From Chlorobiaceae bacterium (GTDB taxonomy: Bacteria > Bacteroidota > Ignavibacteria > UBA10030 > SZUA-254): a stretch of DNA of 64,000 nucleotides. Positions within the stretch are counted from its first letter, which is position 1, and the number at the start of each line of letters is the position of its first letter. Shown here one piece after another: positions 37,911 to 46,835 of this stretch. The DNA lies in contig PNNN01000039.1 in the NCBI GenBank assembly GCA_013824245.1, forward strand, positions 75,250 through 139,249. The letters are read 5' to 3'. A program made the translations under genes and the position numbers. The notes under the pieces are model-generated. The model was not told the origin of the DNA. It ran no database searches and saw nothing but the letters and a program-made list of their open reading frames with translations.

Positions 37911-38118
37911 ATACAATCAGGTGGTAATTTTAACCGGTAAAGGCGGTACAGGTAATAAAACCGGTGCAGCTTTACTTGGGATTATACCATTTCATGAAGA
38001 TTTTGTACATTCACTTCAGCAGGGTAAAACCATAGTTGAATATAACCCGGAAATAAAAAAGCAGATCGAAAATGTTTGGTCGGAAATAATCGTTCAAACT
38101 AAAACAAGAATAAATTGA
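37894..38118 (+). pseudogene. Internally deleted COG1149 ATPase remnant
   Basis: QVVILTGKGGTG fused directly to the C-terminal ...FHEDFVHSLQQGKTIVEYNPEIKKQIENVW; 37957-38050 repeats 37191-37284. Confidence 0.8.
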
Positions 38119-38128
38119 AGGAATTAAA

Positions 38129-38461
38129 ATGAAAATTGCAGTAACATCAACAGGCGGATCGATGGATGCCCTTGTTAGCGAACAATTTGGGCGGTGTCAA
38201 TATTTTTTAATTATCGATTCGGAAACAATGAAATTCGAAGCTGTATCAAATCTGGGCGAACAGATACAAAGTGGCGCCGGACCGAAAGCGGCTGAACTTA
38301 TAATTAACAAAGGTGCGCAAGTATTGTTAACTGGTCATGTTGGCGATAAGGCAGAAGATGCACTAAATAAATCCGGAATTAAAATAGTGGCAGGTTATAA
38401 AAATACAATAAAGGTTAAAGACGCCGTTGAAAATTATTTATCTAAATTAAAAGGAGGATAA
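38129..38461 (+). CDS. NifB/NifX family protein (intact)
   Basis: MKIAVTSTG; FGRCQYF; SGAGPKAA; TGHVG. Confidence 0.9.
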   Translation: MKIAVTSTGGSMDALVSEQFGRCQYFLIIDSETMKFEAVSNLGEQIQSGAGPKAAELIINKGAQVLLTGHVGDKAEDALNKSGIKIVAGYKNTIKVKDAVENYLSKLKGG

Positions 38462-38462
38462 A

Positions 38463-39008
38463 TTGTATATACCAACAAAAATATTTTTCACAAAAGGTGT
38501 AGGAAGACACAAAGATTATCTAAGTTCTTTCGAGCTTGCTCTTAGAAATGCAGGTGTTGAAATATGCAACTTAGTAAATGTCAGCAGTATATTCCCGCCG
38601 GGATGCAAAAGGATTAGTAAAGAGGAAGGATTGAAAGAATTAAGTCCGGGTCAAATTACTTTTGCCGTAATGGCACGAAACGCCACCAACGAACCTAACA
38701 GGTTGATCTCTGCATCTATTGGTGTCGCGATTCCTGCAGATAATACTCAACATGGATATTTGTCGGAACATCATCCATTCGGTGTTACGGAGCGGAATAC
38801 GGGTGATTACGCAGAAGACTTAGCGGCACAAATGCTTGCCACAACTCTTGGTGTTGAATTTAATTCCGATGTAGACTGGAATGAAAGAGAGCAAGTTTTT
38901 AAAATGTCGGGGAAGATTGTAAAAACGTTTAATATAACACAATCTGCAGAAGGCGATAAAAATGGTCTGTGGACGACCGTGATAGCAGTGGCGATCCTAT
39001 TACCTTGA
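38463..39008 (+). CDS. pdaD: Pyruvoyl-dependent arginine decarboxylase
   Basis: FFTKGVG; [12 protein letters not shown]; [12 protein letters not shown] self-cleavage site; GYLSEHH; WTTVIA. Confidence 0.9.
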   Translation: MYIPTKIFFTKGVGRHKDYLSSFELALRNAGVEICNLVNVSSIFPPGCKRISKEEGLKELSPGQITFAVMARNATNEPNRLISASIGVAIPADNTQHGYLSEHHPFGVTERNTGDYAEDLAAQMLATTLGVEFNSDVDWNEREQVFKMSGKIVKTFNITQSAEGDKNGLWTTVIAVAILLP

Positions 39009-39062
39009 GTAGCTAATTATATTTAATCAAATTATATCAACAATAAATTAGGAAAAATTTAA

Positions 39063-40256
39063 ATGAAAACTGACAAAGCAGGATTTAATACCAAGTTAAT
39101 TCACGCAGGTGAGATACACGATCAATTTCACAGCGCAACAACACCAATATATCAAACTTCAACTTTCGGTTTCCCAAGCGCTGAAGAAGGTGCCAAATGT
39201 TTTGCGGGCGAAAGCGATGGCTACATCTACACACGTATTGCCAATCCGACAATAAATGCGCTTGAACAGCAAATTGCAACGCTCGAAAACGGATACGGAG
39301 GCATTGCTGTTAGTTCGGGGATGGCGGCAGTAACTACTATATATTTAGCATTGATGAGCAGCGGCGATCATATTGTTAGCACTGATGCAATTTACGGACC
39401 CGCACGCGGCGTTATGGAAAAACAATTCATACGATTCGGTTTTCAATCTACATATATCAACACAACAAATATTGATAACATTAAAAATGCTATTCGTCCG
39501 AACACAAAAATTTTGTACATCGAAACTCCTGCAAATCCTACAATGGACATAACCGATATTGCCGCCTGTGCCAAAATTGCACATGAGCATGGTATTTTAT
39601 TAGTTGTAGATAACACATTTTGCAGTCCGTATTTACAGAACCCGTTAGACCTCGGAGCCGATATCGTTTTTCATTCCATGACTAAATCTATTAACGGCCA
39701 TGCAGATGTTGTAGCCGGAATTATAATTGCAAAAGAAAAAAACATCTACACTCAACTGCGAAGCATGATGATTAATCTCGGCTGTAATATGGACCCACAT
39801 CAAGCATACTTAGTATTACGTGGACTGAAAACATTGGGCATCCGTATAGAGAGGGCACAACAAAGCGCTCATCGGGTTGCTCAATTCCTCGAGCAACATC
39901 CCAAAGTAGAATGGATAAAGTATCCGGGGTTGGAATCTCATCCGCAATATAATCTTGGGAAAAAACAAATGCGCGGCAGTGGTTCGATGATTAGCTTCGG
40001 ATTAAAAGGCGGTTTCGATGCAGCCAAAATTTTAATGAATAATGTGCACTTAGCTTTATTAGCTGTTTCGCTTGGTGGTGTGGAAACGTTAATCCAGCAT
40101 CCGGCATCTATGACACATTCAAAAGTATCGAAAGAAGACAAACTTAAAGCCGGTATTACTGATGATTTAATAAGATTATCGATCGGTATCGAGGATGTTG
40201 AAGATATAATTGCAGATTTGGAAAATGGATTAAATATGATGAAAAAGGAAAAATGA
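39063..40256 (+). CDS. megL: PLP-dependent trans-sulfuration enzyme, probably methionine gamma-lyase
   Basis: PIYQTSTF; YTRIANPT; SSGMAA; ETPANP; VDNTF; HSMTKSINGHAD; AVSLGGVETLIQHPASMTH. Confidence 0.75.
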   Translation: MKTDKAGFNTKLIHAGEIHDQFHSATTPIYQTSTFGFPSAEEGAKCFAGESDGYIYTRIANPTINALEQQIATLENGYGGIAVSSGMAAVTTIYLALMSSGDHIVSTDAIYGPARGVMEKQFIRFGFQSTYINTTNIDNIKNAIRPNTKILYIETPANPTMDITDIAACAKIAHEHGILLVVDNTFCSPYLQNPLDLGADIVFHSMTKSINGHADVVAGIIIAKEKNIYTQLRSMMINLGCNMDPHQAYLVLRGLKTLGIRIERAQQSAHRVAQFLEQHPKVEWIKYPGLESHPQYNLGKKQMRGSGSMISFGLKGGFDAAKILMNNVHLALLAVSLGGVETLIQHPASMTHSKVSKEDKLKAGITDDLIRLSIGIEDVEDIIADLENGLNMMKKEK

Positions 40257-40873
40257 TCAACGAAAACAAAGATCACTGGTATGACGGCTGGTTTTACGAT
40301 AAGTTCATAGCTCCAAGCCAAGATAAATTATTTCAACAGATAAAAAATCTTATCGAACCCAACTCAAAAATTATTGATGTCGGCTGCGGGACGGGGCGAT
40401 TCTCTTTTTCTGTTACTGATAAATGTAAGGATGTTTTAGGAATAGATTTATCAAGTAGAAATATTGACAGAGCTAATCTGACACTTTCAGAAAATCCAAA
40501 TAATAAAATTTCTTTTCAGCATAAAAGTGTAGGTGAAATAATTTTCGCCGGTCAAGAACATTTTAATTATGCAGTTTTGACTTATGTTGTTCACGAAGTA
40601 AATATAGATGAACGAGTAAAACTTCTAAAGGAAATAACAAGAGTTGCAGATAAAATTATAATCGGTGATTATCTTGTTCCTAAACCAAATTGCTTTGGGA
40701 GTATGTTGAACGAAGTGATTGAATTTGCTGCCGGTTCGCAACATTACAGAAACTATAAAAGCTATGTGGCAAACGGAGGCATGTATGATTTGGCAAACAA
40801 AGCCGGACTTAAAATTATTACTGAAATAAAAAATCAACCCTCAACGAGTCATATAGTAATGTTGACAGAATAA
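40253..40873 (+). CDS. Class I SAM-dependent methyltransferase
   Basis: IIDVGCGTG; GIDLS; YVVHE. Confidence 0.88.
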   Translation: MINENKDHWYDGWFYDKFIAPSQDKLFQQIKNLIEPNSKIIDVGCGTGRFSFSVTDKCKDVLGIDLSSRNIDRANLTLSENPNNKISFQHKSVGEIIFAGQEHFNYAVLTYVVHEVNIDERVKLLKEITRVADKIIIGDYLVPKPNCFGSMLNEVIEFAAGSQHYRNYKSYVANGGMYDLANKAGLKIITEIKNQPSTSHIVMLTE

Positions 40874-40889
40874 AAGGATATAACCATCT

Positions 40890-41372
40890 GTGAACGAAAA
40901 AATTTGTTTTAAACCAATCGGGATAATTCATTCACCTTTTACCGAAATATCGGGTGTTCCGATTCAACCGCTCAACGCTAAAGGCATTAAAGGTACAATT
41001 GAATTAAATCCTGATTTTATAGAAGGTTTAAAAGATATCGAAGGATTTTCACATATTACTTTGATTTATATTTTTCATTTAACATCCAAGTTTTCTTTGC
41101 AGGTGATACCTTTCATGGATGATAAACCACATGGAATATTTGCAACTCGGTCGCCTTCTCGACCGAACCCCATTGGCATTTCAACAGTTCGCTTAATAAG
41201 TGTTGAACGAAACATTTTGCATATCGAAGAAGTTGATATTATAGATGGAACACCGTTGTTGGACATAAAACCCTTTTATCCGAAATTTGATAATCGAATT
41301 ACTGATAAAGTAGGATGGTTGAAGGGTAAAGGAAATTTAGATGGGGTTCAATCAGATAATAGATTTAAATAA
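40890..41372 (+). CDS. tsaA: TrmO/TsaA-family SAM-binding methyltransferase (single-domain form)
   Basis: FKPIGIIHSPF; GFSHITLIY.FH; GIFATRSPSRPNPIG; DIIDGTPLLDIKP. Confidence 0.88.
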   Translation: MNEKICFKPIGIIHSPFTEISGVPIQPLNAKGIKGTIELNPDFIEGLKDIEGFSHITLIYIFHLTSKFSLQVIPFMDDKPHGIFATRSPSRPNPIGISTVRLISVERNILHIEEVDIIDGTPLLDIKPFYPKFDNRITDKVGWLKGKGNLDGVQSDNRFK

Positions 41373-41388
41373 AATATATAAAACCACA

Positions 41389-42009
41389 ATGCAAGATTTT
41401 TCTAAGTTAATCGCATCGATTTCACTTACTGATAGCGACAAGTTATTGCAAGGTTGGGGATACAACTTAGCTGCTGAGTATTATGAAATCCTCAGTCATG
41501 CCACATTAGATACCCACCAGCCGATACTCGAACTGGCTACGGGAACGGGAAGAATGTCGGCTGTGCTAACTCGGCTCGGGTGCGATGTAGTCACAGGCGA
41601 TGTTTCAACCGAAGACAGAAAAAATGCTGAGCTGCGCATTACAAAAGAGTATCTTCATAAGGTAAAGCTTCTTACAATCGACATGGAATCGTTGCCCTTT
41701 GATAATGGTAGTTTTCCATCAGTAATATCGATGAATACTTTTCATCATCTTGAGCACCCGGAGGTTTGTCTAAATGAACTCATCCGTGTACATTCAGGAA
41801 AGAATTCACTGATAATTGGCGACTTCAATGAAACGGGTTTTGCCGAGCTTCAAAAAGTTTATCAAATACTTTATAAAAAGGATCATCCTCAAGGGAAAAT
41901 GACTCTGGATAAATTAAAACCGCTTCTAGAAACAGACTATCACGAAGTTAAAGAAATTCACACACAATTAAATGTTACATTAATCGCATCAGGTAAGAAG
42001 AAAAAATAA
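41389..42009 (+). CDS. Class I SAM-dependent methyltransferase
   Basis: LELATGTG; DMESLPF; NTFHHL. Confidence 0.85.
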   Translation: MQDFSKLIASISLTDSDKLLQGWGYNLAAEYYEILSHATLDTHQPILELATGTGRMSAVLTRLGCDVVTGDVSTEDRKNAELRITKEYLHKVKLLTIDMESLPFDNGSFPSVISMNTFHHLEHPEVCLNELIRVHSGKNSLIIGDFNETGFAELQKVYQILYKKDHPQGKMTLDKLKPLLETDYHEVKEIHTQLNVTLIASGKKKK

Positions 42010-42534
42010 ATGGAACACATCGAAAAGTTGAGTAAAGATGAATTAATTAAGCTACTTAAAGTGTACGCAAAAAATTGGTTGGCTCACGATGGTTGTTGGT
42101 TTTTAGCGGCAGAAGAAAAATATGGAATAGAAGCAGCAATTGAACTTGATACGAAATCGTGGAACAGGTTCGCAGTTGCAGAAGCTCGACGGATTATGAA
42201 GGAATTTAACATTCCCGAAAACGGCGGTTTGAAAGCACTGGCGCGGGCGTTCGATTACCGTCTGTATGCTGCAATCAATAAACAAGAAATTGAATGGATG
42301 GATGATAAGACAATGGTATTTAGGATGGTGGAATGTCGGGTACAAAAAACCCGCACAGAAAAAAAACTTGCACCTTTTCCCTGTAAATCAGTAGGTATGG
42401 TTGAGTTTAGTCAGTTTGCCAAAGCCATCGATCCACGTATTCAAACCCGTTGTATCAGTTGTCCGCCAGATCCAATTACCAATACATATTGTGCTTGGGA
42501 ATTTACAATTGGGGATGAAAAGAAAACATATTAG
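42010..42534 (+). CDS. DUF6125-like protein
   Basis: NWLAHDGCWFLAAE; CRVQ..R...FPCKSVG; IDPRI..RC..CPPD...CAWEF. Confidence 0.75.
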   Translation: MEHIEKLSKDELIKLLKVYAKNWLAHDGCWFLAAEEKYGIEAAIELDTKSWNRFAVAEARRIMKEFNIPENGGLKALARAFDYRLYAAINKQEIEWMDDKTMVFRMVECRVQKTRTEKKLAPFPCKSVGMVEFSQFAKAIDPRIQTRCISCPPDPITNTYCAWEFTIGDEKKTY

Positions 42535-42598
42535 CATTAATCTGTTTTGTGTGGGATGTTAAAATAAATTATATTGTAATCAACAAGTTCTTTAATAA

Positions 42599-42740
42599 TA
42601 TCTCCGAGTCTGTTTACCTAAATTCGATAATATGGTAACAGACCAGTAAGCCGGTTGCGGCTTCCCGTCCCGAAAACTTTCGGGACGGGACGGGTTCACT
42701 GAGAAATTAGTGTGCCTCCCCTGTTTGGAAAGGAGAGAAA
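42599..42740 (+). ncRNA. Moco (molybdenum-cofactor) riboswitch/RNA motif
   Basis: CTCCGAG..ACCTAA..GATAATATGGT..GCCGG..GGGTTCACTGAGAAATTAGTG-TGCCTCCC-CTGTTTGGAAAGGAG. The 3' end matches the recalled E. coli moaA leader GCCTCCCGTATTTGGAAAGG; P1 is ctcc/ggag; Mo-related neighbours. Confidence 0.8.
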
Positions 42741-42827
42741 TATATTTATTGATTGTATCATTGAATCATTGACTGATTGAACAAATGAATCAATGGCTCA
42801 ATGATCAAGTGAGTCAATAAGCCAATT

Positions 42828-42866
42828 TCCCCATTCTGCTTTTTCAGGGTGGGGATTTTTGCTTTT
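42828..42866 (+). terminator. Intrinsic terminator in the leader (likely riboswitch expression platform)
   Basis: tccccattctg-cttttt-cagggtgggga followed by tttttgctttt, about 50 bp before the first gene. Confidence 0.7.
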
Positions 42867-42914
42867 ATGCAAGTTGGTATAAATAAATAAGTATCAGTCA
42901 GAATAATAAAACAA

Positions 42915-44633
42915 TTGAAACACGATATCGACAAAATAAAACCAATATGGGTTCAAGCGGCGTTTCTCGGCAGTATGTGGGGATCAATTGAGATCATCGT
43001 CGGCAGTTTTCTGCATAATCTTCGGTTACCATTTACAGGCACAATACTATCAGCAATAGGTGTAGCCCTGTTAATCGGAGGACATTATATCTGGAATGAA
43101 AAAGGATTGGCGTGGCGAGCCGGTTTAGTCTGTGCGTTAATGAAGTCGATATCTCCGAGTGCTGTAATAATTGGACCGATGATAGGTATTATGTCTGAAG
43201 CGTTTGTGATTGAATTATTTTTACGTATTTCCGGTCGATCCCCAATCGGTATGTTAATAGGGGGTGCAGTTGCCACGTGTTTGCCTTTTATTCAAAACAT
43301 TCTAAATCTCATTATAACTTTTGGTTTTAACATTACATATCTTTATGTCGAATTGTATAAATTCATTGTGAAGAATTTGGGAATCGAAGGAATCGGTTCA
43401 TATGAAGCAATAGGTTTGTTGTTTTTATTATACGCAATCTTCGGTGTGGGGGCTGCATCTCTCGGCATTATTGTTGGAAAAAAAGTGAACTCGTTACCAT
43501 GGACTCCACCCAGTGTTGCCAGTATTGATAAAACATTATCATTGCAGTCTGTTAATCCTTCACAAAAATTTTCTCTTGCATCGTTGTTGATAAATATAAT
43601 TTCGATCCCTATTATTTTGTTTATCGTTAGCGAATTGTCATTATTATGGTCTTCCTCGATAGTGGGCGGTTACATCATAGTTTTAATATTTCTTTATCCT
43701 AATTCATGGAAAAGATTTTCCAGACCAAAGATTTGGATAGAATTGTTTCTGATTTCAATTCTTGCGGGGTTCTTGTTAGGTGAAATGACTAATCACCATG
43801 CCGGCTGGTCGTGGAGCGGATTATTGGTGGGTGTTCAAATGGTTTTAAGAGCTTCGTATATGATTGTTGTATTTAATATCATCGGTATCGAGTTGAGAAA
43901 TCCCAGAATTATGAACTGGTTTTTTAAAATGGGTTTCGGTCAACTATCTTTTGCCATGGAAATTGCATTCGATGCTTTACCAACAATGATTTCATTCCTT
44001 GGGGATCAGAGAAATGTACTGCTTCGCCCAATTTTGTCACTTACAAGATTACTGCATGTTGTAAAATATAGACTAAGCCAGTTTGAGAAATCGAAACACA
44101 TGACGGGTAAAATATATATTTTGACAGGAAGAAAAGGAATAGGAAAAACTACGCTTCTCGCAAAACTCGTTCAAGATTTTACTAACAAAAATGTGACTAT
44201 TGGTGGAATTCTATCACCTGCAGTGTATCAAGATTTATCTCGCATCGGTTATGATGTCGTTAATATCAAAACTAATGAGAAAAAAATTCTCTGCCGGAAC
44301 GATATTAAAACAGAAGGTGTCAAGCTGGGGGATTTCACTTTCAGCGAGGAGGGTGTATTATTCGGAAACGAGGCAGTTCCAAAAGCCGCCGACTGCAATC
44401 TAATCGTTATCGATGAAGTTGGTCCTCTCGAGCTAAATGGAAAAGGGTGGGCACCTTCTCTTGATATGATAATAAATAATTCAGCATTTCCATTGTTGTT
44501 GGTTGTGAGGGAAAATATTTTAGAGAAAACACAGAAACATTGGAATTTTATTCCGGATTCGATATGGAACTTAAACAATACCAAGTCTGAGCAAATACTT
44601 TCAGATATGGTAAAAGTGATTGTGCCGGATTAA
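42915..44633 (+). CDS. Polytopic membrane protein (ECF S-component-like N-terminus) fused to a C-terminal NTPase_1/DUF2478-type P-loop domain
   Basis: Many TM segments starting AAFLGSMWGSIEIIVGSFLH; C-terminal ILTGRKGIGKTT, GYDVV, IDEVGPLE..GKGW; TTG start. Confidence 0.72.
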   Translation: MKHDIDKIKPIWVQAAFLGSMWGSIEIIVGSFLHNLRLPFTGTILSAIGVALLIGGHYIWNEKGLAWRAGLVCALMKSISPSAVIIGPMIGIMSEAFVIELFLRISGRSPIGMLIGGAVATCLPFIQNILNLIITFGFNITYLYVELYKFIVKNLGIEGIGSYEAIGLLFLLYAIFGVGAASLGIIVGKKVNSLPWTPPSVASIDKTLSLQSVNPSQKFSLASLLINIISIPIILFIVSELSLLWSSSIVGGYIIVLIFLYPNSWKRFSRPKIWIELFLISILAGFLLGEMTNHHAGWSWSGLLVGVQMVLRASYMIVVFNIIGIELRNPRIMNWFFKMGFGQLSFAMEIAFDALPTMISFLGDQRNVLLRPILSLTRLLHVVKYRLSQFEKSKHMTGKIYILTGRKGIGKTTLLAKLVQDFTNKNVTIGGILSPAVYQDLSRIGYDVVNIKTNEKKILCRNDIKTEGVKLGDFTFSEEGVLFGNEAVPKAADCNLIVIDEVGPLELNGKGWAPSLDMIINNSAFPLLLVVRENILEKTQKHWNFIPDSIWNLNNTKSEQILSDMVKVIVPD

Positions 44634-44679
44634 CAAAACTCAATTTATAAACTATACATAAATCTATTCAACTTTTAAG

Positions 44680-46698
44680 ATGAATAAAATTAAAACAATC
44701 CTATATTTCTTTTTGATTTCACTCGGCATATTATTTGACCGGGTGTTTTGTGGTGTTGAAGAACCCTCAGACAGTGCAAAAATATTTTATCTCGGTGAAA
44801 TTATTATAGTAGGTAATGGGATGGAAGGATCTACACCATTCCAACAAGATGCCATTCAGCAAAACGAAATGATGAAGCAATACCTTCTGAACACTTCTCA
44901 TGCGTTGAACATTCTTCCCGGTGTTAATATCTCGAATGTCGGCGGCAGGAATGAATCTATGGTTTATGTGCGTGGTTTTGATTTAAGACAGATCCCTGTT
45001 TTTCTCGACGGGATTCCACAGTATGTGCCGTACGACGGATATGTAGACCTTGCACGTTTTACAACATTCGATCTTTCAAGGATCACAATAAATAAAGGTT
45101 TTTCGTCCATTCTTTATGGAGCAAACGCTATGGGGGGTGCAATCAATTTAATCTCAAGGAAACCCTCCTCAGAGCTTGATTACGAATTTTTATCTGGTAT
45201 CATGAATAGCGGAGGATATAATTACTTGGTCAATCTTGGAATGAATAGACAGTCTTACTACCTGTCGGGGAATATTTCTAAATCAGTTCAGAATTCTTTT
45301 CCTCTCTCACAATCTTATACCACAACCCAAAATGAGAATGGAGGAGAGCGCGATAATTCTTACAGGAGCGATTTGAAATATGGAATCAAAACAGGTTATA
45401 CACCAAATGAGACCGATGAATACACATTTAGTTTTATGAATCAGCATGGTGAAAAGGGAAATCCGGTTTATTCTGGGGCAAATCCGTTGGGAATTGTTCG
45501 TTATTGGCGTTGGCCCAACTGGGATAAAATTAGTGAATATTTTATTTCTAAAACAGTATTCGGTGACGAAAGTTTACACAACGGTGTGCTTGTTAAAACA
45601 CGGTTCTTTCATGATAAATTTAAAAACACACTGCACTCATACGATGACGCTTCATACAGCACACAAAGCAAAAAAAGCTCTTTTAAAAGTTATTATAATG
45701 ATGACTCGTGGGGAGCAGTTCTTGAGGGCGTTTCAAGAATTTTAAGGAATCATCAAATTACAATTGCTTCCTATTACAAGTACGATATACACAGAGAAAA
45801 TAATTTCGGGGAACCGGCGAGAACGATAAGTGATGCTGCAATATCCGCAGGCATTGAAGATGTGTATTTATTGAGGGAAGATGTTTCGTTGATTGGCGGA
45901 GTAAGTTATGATTTACGAAAAAGCTTAGAGGCACAGGATTATAATTCTAAGACTAACACGCTGTCGGATTTTCCGAAAGATGACGCCCATGCGTTGAATA
46001 TCCAAATTGGAGGAATTTATTCTATTTCATCCGTCAGTAAAGTTACATTTGGCATTGCAAGAAAAACACGTTTTGCTACGATGAAAGACCGTTATTCATA
46101 TAAACAGGGATCAGCCATCCCGAATCCTTATCTTTTGCCTGAATATGCAGTCAATTATGATATTTCATATCATGAAATGATCGATGCTCGTGGATTTTTC
46201 AAAGTGAGTGCTTTTTATAACGATATCAGAAATGTGATAATGCAAATTACTAACATTCAAGGAACTCTTTCACAAATGCTGAACTTTGGTAAAGCAAGAT
46301 ATTTCGGTGCCGAAGCAGAATTTGAATTGAACCCTATTCCCTTCATGAATACAGGTATGAATTATACATTCTTAAAGCGTGATAATATTTCCGATCCCGG
46401 TATAAAATTTCTCGATACTCCGGAACATAAAATATTTTTTTATACTACAATTTTACCGATATCAACAATCGATGTTACTCTCGGAGTTGAATATAATTCA
46501 CCGAGATACAGCACCAGCGATGGTTTGTATAATGCGCCAGCGTATACAATCTTCGATGTAAAATCTTCCCTGACATTGTTTGATCATGTCCTGATAAATT
46601 TTGGGGTTACAAATATTTTTGATCGTAATTACTGTATTATGGAAGGATATCCGGAAGCAGGGAGAACGGGTTATCTTAACGTTCGATTTAGTAATTAA
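44680..46698 (+). CDS. TonB-dependent receptor
   Basis: LPGVNI..GGRNE..VYVRGF; DGIP; ITINKGFSSILYGANAMGGAINLI; C-terminal NIFDRNY...GYPEAGRTGYLNVRF. Confidence 0.9.
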   Translation: MNKIKTILYFFLISLGILFDRVFCGVEEPSDSAKIFYLGEIIIVGNGMEGSTPFQQDAIQQNEMMKQYLLNTSHALNILPGVNISNVGGRNESMVYVRGFDLRQIPVFLDGIPQYVPYDGYVDLARFTTFDLSRITINKGFSSILYGANAMGGAINLISRKPSSELDYEFLSGIMNSGGYNYLVNLGMNRQSYYLSGNISKSVQNSFPLSQSYTTTQNENGGERDNSYRSDLKYGIKTGYTPNETDEYTFSFMNQHGEKGNPVYSGANPLGIVRYWRWPNWDKISEYFISKTVFGDESLHNGVLVKTRFFHDKFKNTLHSYDDASYSTQSKKSSFKSYYNDDSWGAVLEGVSRILRNHQITIASYYKYDIHRENNFGEPARTISDAAISAGIEDVYLLREDVSLIGGVSYDLRKSLEAQDYNSKTNTLSDFPKDDAHALNIQIGGIYSISSVSKVTFGIARKTRFATMKDRYSYKQGSAIPNPYLLPEYAVNYDISYHEMIDARGFFKVSAFYNDIRNVIMQITNIQGTLSQMLNFGKARYFGAEAEFELNPIPFMNTGMNYTFLKRDNISDPGIKFLDTPEHKIFFYTTILPISTIDVTLGVEYNSPRYSTSDGLYNAPAYTIFDVKSSLTLFDHVLINFGVTNIFDRNYCIMEGYPEAGRTGYLNVRFSN

Positions 46699-46702
46699 TC
46701 AA

Positions 46703-46823
46703 AGAGACTTCTGAAAAATCCCTCTAATTGTCACCCTGAACGAAGTGAAGGGTCTCAAATTCTTTAGAATCGAGATGTTTCGCTTCGCTCAACATGACAA
46801 AAAAGAATAATTCAGAAGTCTCT
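46703..46823. mobile_element. 121-bp MITE-like element: 13-bp terminal inverted repeats around a REP doublet
   Basis: agagacttctgaa (46703-15) and ttcagaagtctct (46811-23); inside gtcaccctgaacgaagtgaagggtct...gagatgtttcgcttcgctcaacatgac; lies between convergent genes. Confidence 0.55.
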
Positions 46824-46835
46824 CAAATATGTTTT

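Noticed and set aside
35225-38461. Nitrogen fixation cluster
   Set aside because: Only NifX-like and NifU-like domains; no nifHDK/ENB, and the ATPases are COG1149-type, not NifH.
42599-42740. Cobalamin riboswitch (it precedes a TonB receptor)
   Set aside because: No B12-box or GGGAA/GCCACTG/AGACC elements; the 3' GCCTCCC..TTTGGAAAGG fits the Moco motif.
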